Made by a program: the position numbers and the translations under genes | Source of the DNA: Octopus vulgaris | Lineage: Eukaryota | Length of the DNA stretch: 64,000 nucleotides | Assembly (NCBI GenBank): GCA_951406725.2 | Contig: OX597830.1 | Location: forward strand, 25,110,001 to 25,174,000 | Direction: 5' to 3' | Shown here: positions 58,201 through 64,000 of the stretch, piece after piece | Layout: the number at the start of each line of letters is the position of its first letter | How positions within the stretch are numbered: position 1 is the stretch's first letter | Notes under the pieces: model-generated | Told to the model about the DNA's origin: nothing | Seen by the model: the letters and a program-made list of their open reading frames with translations, nothing else | Database searches by the model: none

Positions 58201-61200
58201 TTCCCAACTTCCTACAACAACACATTTCACTGAAACAACAACACAACCTGAAGAAATTATTACAACTCACACTGCAGAACCTTTAACAGCGACAACAAAA
58301 CTACCATCTCTAACAACTCTAGCCGAAGAAGTAGAAACATCTATGCCCACCACAATTTCTGCTCCCACAGTGAGTACACCAACTCAAACAACTATTGCTT
58401 CCTCAACTGCAGAACATACGACTGTCACTGAACTGCCACGCACTGACAAAACTACAACTGAAGCTACCACATTCACATCGACTGAAAAGACTCCAGAAAC
58501 AACCACACAAACAGGCACACCAGAAATGATTACAGCACCTGTCACGGACACAACTGCACACATTGCATCAACAACTCAAATTCAAACAGAAACAGAGGAA
58601 TCAACTTCCCAACTTCCTACAAAAACACATCTTATAACAACTACTACTGAAACAACAACACAACCTGAAGAAATTATTACAACTCACACTGCAGAACCTC
58701 TAACAGCGACAACAAAACTACCATCTCTAACAACTCTAGCCGAAGAAGTAGAAACATCTATGCCCACCACAATTTCTGCTCCCACAGTGAGTACACCAAC
58801 TCAAACAACTATTGCTTCCTCAACTGCAGAACATACGACTGTCACTGAACTGCCACGCACTGACAAAACTACAACTGAAGCTACCACATTCACATCGACT
58901 GAAAAGACTCCAGAAACAACCACACAAACAGGCACACCAGAAATGATTACAGCACCTGTCACGGACACAACTGCACACATTGCATCAACAACTCAAATTC
59001 AAACAGAAACAGAGGAATCAACTTCCCAACTTCCTACAACAACACATCTTATAACACCTACTACTGAAACAACAACACAATCTGAAGAAATTATTACAAC
59101 TCACACTGCAGAACCTCTAACAGCGACAACAAAACTACCATCTCTAACAACTCTAGCCGAAGAAGTAGAAACATCTATGCCCACCACAATTTCTGCTCCC
59201 ACAGTGAGTACACCAACTCAAACAACTATTGCTTCCTCAACTGCAGAACATACGACTGTCACTGAACTGCCACGCACTGACAAAACTACAACTGAAGCTA
59301 CCACATTCACATCGACTGAAAAGACTCCAGAAACAACCACACAAACAGGCACACCAGAAATGATTACAGCACCTGTCACGGACACAACTGCACACATTGC
59401 ATCAACAACTCAAATTCAAGCAGAAACAGAGGAATTAACTTCCCACCTTCCTACAACAATACATCTTATAACACCTACTACTGAAACAACAACACAACCT
59501 GAAGAAATTATTACAACTCACACTGCAGAACCTCTAACAGCGACAACAAAACTACCATCTCTAACAACTCTAGCCGAAGAAGTAGAAACATCTATGCCCA
59601 CCACAATTTCTGCTCCCACAGTGAGTACACCAACTCAAACAACTATTGCTTCCTCAACTGCAGAACATACGACTGTCACTGAACTGCCACGCACTGACAA
59701 AACTACAACTGAAGCTACCACATTCACATCCACTGAAAAGACTCCAGAAACAACCACACAAACAGGCACACCAGAAATGATTACAGCACCTGTCACAGAC
59801 ACAACCGCACAATTGCATCAACAACTCATATTCAAACAGAAACAGAGGAATCAACTTCCCAACTTCCTACAACATCACATCTTTTAACACCTACTACTGA
59901 AACAACAACACAAATTGAAGAAATTATTACAACTCACACTGCAGAACCTTTAACAGCGACAACAAAACCACCATCTCTATCAACTCTAGCCGAAGAAGTA
60001 GAAACATCTATGCCCACCACAATTTCTGCTCCCACAGTGAGTACACCAACTCAAACAACTATTGCTTCCTCAACTGCAGAACATACGACTGTCACTGAAC
60101 TGACACGCACTGACAAAACTACAACTGAAGCTACCACATTCACATCGACTGAAAAGACTCCAGAAACAACCACACAAACAGGCACACCAGAAATGATTAC
60201 AGCACCTGTCACGGACACAACTGCACACATTGCATCAACAACTCAAATTCAAACAGAAACAGAGGAATCAACTTCCCAACTTCCTACAACAACACATTTC
60301 ATAACACCTACTACTGAAACAACAACACAACCTGAAGAAATTATTACAACTCACACTGCAGAACCTCTAACAGCGACAACAAAACTACCATCTCTAACAA
60401 CTCTAGCCGAAGAAGTAGAAACATCTATGCCCACCACAATTTCTTCTCCTACAATGAGTACACCAAATCAAACAACTGTTGCTTCCTCAACTGCAGAACA
60501 TACGACTGTCACTGAACTGCCACGCACTGACAAAACAACAACTGAAGCTACCACATTCACATCCACTGAAAAGACTCCAGAAACTACCACACAAACAGGC
60601 ACACCAGAAATGATTACAGCACCTGTCACGGACACAACTGCACACATTGCATCAACAACTCAAATTCAAACAGAAACAGAGGAATCAACTTCCCAACTTC
60701 CTACAACAACACATCTTATAACACCTACTACTGAAACAACAACACAATCTGAAGAAATTATTACAACTCACACTGCAGAACCTCTAACAGCGACAACAAA
60801 AACTACCATCTCTAACAACTCTAGCCGAAGAAGTAGAAACATCTATGCCCACCACAATTTCTGCTCATACAGTGAGTACACCAACTCAAACAACTATTGC
60901 TTCCTCAACCTCAGAACATACGACTGTCACTGAACTGCCACGCACTGACAAAACTACAACTGAAGCTACCACATTCACATCCACTGAAAAGACTCCAGAA
61001 ACAACCACACAAACAGGCACACCAGAAATGATTACAGCACCTGTCACGGACACAACTGCACACATTGCATCAACAACTCAAATTCAAACAGAAACCGACA
61101 AGACAACTTCCCAACTTCCTACAACAACACATCTTTTAACACCTACTACTGAAACAACAACACAACCTGAAGAAATTATTACAACTCACACTGCAGAACC

Positions 61201-64000
61201 TCTAACAGCGACAACAAAACTACCATCTCTAACAACTCTAGCAGAAGAAGTAGAAACATCTATGCCCACCACAATTTCTGCTCCCACAGTGAGTACACCA
61301 ACTCAAACAACTATTGCTTTTCCAACTGCAGAACATACGACTGTCACTGAACTGCCACGCACTGACAAAACTACAACTGAAGCTACCACATTCACATCCA
61401 CTGAAAAGACTCCAGAAACAACCACACAAACAGGCACACCAGAAATGATTACAGCACCTGTCACGGACACAACTGCACACATTGCATCAACAACTCAAAT
61501 TCAAACAGAAACAGAGGAATCAACTTCCCAACTTCCTACAACAACACATCTTATAACACCTACTACTGAAACAACAACACAATCTGAAGAAATTATTACA
61601 ACTCACACTGCAGAACCTCTAACAGCGACAACAAAACTACCATCTCTAACAACTCTAGCCGAAGAAGTAGAAACATCTATGCCCACCACAATTTCTGCTC
61701 CCACAGTGAGTACACCAACTCAAACAACTATTGCTTCCCCCAACTGCAGAACATACGACTGTCACTGAACTGCCACGCACTGACAAAACTACAACTGAAG
61801 CTACCACATTCACATCCACTGAAAAGACTCCAGAAACAACCACACAAACAGGCACACCAGAAATGATTACAGCACCTGTCACGGACACAACTGCACACAT
61901 TGCATCAACAACTCAAATTCAAACAGAAACCGACAAGACAACTTCCCAACTTCCTACAACAACACATTTCATAACACCTACTACTGAAACAACAACACAA
62001 CCTGAAGAAATTATTACAACTCACACTGCAGAACCTCTAACAGCGACAACAAAACTACCATCTCTAACAACTCTAGCCGAAGAAGTAGAAACATCTATGC
62101 CCACCACAATTTCTGCTCCCACAGTGAGTACACCAACTCAAACAACTATTGCTTCCTCAACTGCAGAACATACGACTGTCACTGAACTGCCACGCACTGA
62201 CAAAACTACAACTGAAGCTACCACATTCACATCGACTGAAAAGACTCCAGAAACAAAACACAAACAGGCACACCAGAAATGATTACAGCACCTGTCATGG
62301 ACACAACTGCACACATTGCATCAACAACTCAAATTCAAGCAGAAACAGAGGAATCAACTTCCCAACTTCCTACAACAATACATCTTATAACACCTACTAC
62401 TGAAACAACAACACAACTTGAAGAAATTATTACAACTCACACTGCAGAACCTCTAACAGCGACAACAAAACTACCATCTCTAACAACTCTAGCCGAAGAA
62501 GTAGAAACATCTATGCCCACAACAATTTCTGCTCCCACAGTGAGTACACCAACTCAAACAACTATTGCTTCCTCAACTGCAGAACATACGACTGTCACTG
62601 AACTGCCACGCACTGACAAAACTACAACTGAAGCTACCACATTCACATCCACTGAAAAGACTCCAGAAACAACCACACAAACAGGCACACCAGAAATGAT
62701 TACAGCACCTGTCACGGACACAACTGCACACATTGCATCAACAACACAAATTCAAAAAGAAACAGAGAAGACAACTTCCCAACTTCCTACAACAACACAT
62801 CTTTTAACACCTACTACTGAAACAACAACACAACCTGAAGAAATCATTACAACTCACACTGCAGAAACTCTAACAGCGACAACAAAACAACCATCTCTAT
62901 CAACTCTAGCCGAAGAAGTAGAAACATCTATGCACACCACAATTTCTGCTCCCACAGTGAGTACACCAACTCAAACAACTATTGCTTCCTCAACTGCAGA
63001 ACATACGACTGTCACTGAACTGCCAGGCACTGACAAAACTACAACTGAAGCTACCACATTCACATCGACTGAAAAGACTCCAGAAACAACCACACAAACA
63101 GGCACACCAGAAATGATTACAGCACCTGTCACGGACACAACTGCACACATTGCATCAACAACTCAAATTCAAACAGAAACAGAGGAATCAACTTCCCAAC
63201 TTCCTACAACAACACATCTTATAACACCTACTACTGAAACAACAACACAACCTGAAGAAATTATTACAACTCACACTGCAGAACCTCTAACAGCGACAAC
63301 AAAACTACCATCTCTAACAACTCTAGCCGAAGAAGTAGAAACATCTATGCCCACCACAATTTCTGCTCCCACAGTGAGTACACCAACTCAAACAACTATT
63401 GCTTCCTCAACTGCAGAACATACGACTGTCACTGAACTGCCACGCACTGACAAAACTACAACTGAAGCTACCACATTCACATCGACTGAAAAGACTCCAG
63501 AAACTACCACACAAACAGGCACACCAGAAATGATTACAGCACCTGTCACGGACACAACTGCACACATTGCATCAACAACTCAAATTCAAACAGAAACCGA
63601 GAAGACAACTTCCCAACTTCCTACAACAACACATTTCATAACACCTACTACTGAAACAACAACACAACCTGAAGAAATTATTACAACTCACACTGCAGAA
63701 CCTCTAACAGCGCCAACAAAACTACCATCTCTAACAACTCTAGCCGAAGAAGTAGAAACATCTATGCCCACCACAATTTCTGCTCCCACAGTGAGTACAC
63801 CAACTCAAACAACTATTGCTTCCTCAACTGCAGAACATACGACTGTCACTGAACTGCCACGCACTGACAAAACTACAACTGAAGCTACCACATTCACATC
63901 GACTGAAAAGACTCCAGAAACAACCACACAAACAGGCACACCAGAAATGATTACAGCACCTGTCACGGACACTACTGCACACATTTCATCAACAACTCAA
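55296..64000 (+). CDS. Giant Thr-rich mucin-like exon (runs off the window, four 1-nt frameshifts in the given sequence)
   Basis: Acceptor TTTTTCTTCAG at 55285-55295, 1528-codon open frame, T/E/P/S-rich and Cys-free. Repeats continue in shifted frames (60010, 60845, 61731) and are open again from about 62260 to the end. Confidence 0.88.
57111..64000 (+). repeat. Coding tandem array of 417-bp (139-aa) units, about 16.5 copies visible
   Basis: ACATCTATGCCCACCACAATTTCTGCTCCC recurs at 417-bp spacing (e.g. 58754, 59171, 59588). Early units carry small in-frame deletions. Confidence 0.95.

Noticed and set aside
55301-59887. Stand-alone intronless gene starting at ATG 55301
   Set aside because: No signal peptide, and a good acceptor 5 nt upstream in phase with the VWA exon. 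The stop at 59887 follows a frameshift.
55408-61900. Minus-strand V/C-rich ORFs over the mucin
   Set aside because: Antisense shadows of ACA/ACT-rich codons.
57111-64000. CRISPR array or non-coding satellite
   Set aside because: No unique spacers. Unit length is a multiple of 3 and continues an open reading frame from a splice acceptor.

Overview
AT-rich, microsatellite- and SINE-dense eukaryotic DNA. The repeat landscape is most consistent with an octopus or related cephalopod genome (inference only). Bases 1-49,500 show no recognisable host exons and consist of decayed transposons: hAT (SPIN/GTF2IRD2-like), mariner, maT (DD37D), Tc1, Helitrons, several Penelope-like remnants, an R4-type RLE LINE, RTE LINEs, an internally deleted Gypsy/Mag LTR element, MITEs and many tRNA-derived SINEs. 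The only clear host gene is on the + strand. A phase 1-1 exon (49556-50107) encodes a VWA domain with an intact MIDAS and can splice in frame to a giant Thr-rich mucin-like exon (55296 to beyond 64000). That exon contains about 16.5 near-identical 417-bp (139-aa) tandem units with four single-base frameshifts that may be assembly errors. The most unusual non-coding structure is three consecutive fold-backs at 23.47-24.34 kb, one containing what looks like a crippled Penelope-type hammerhead ribozyme.
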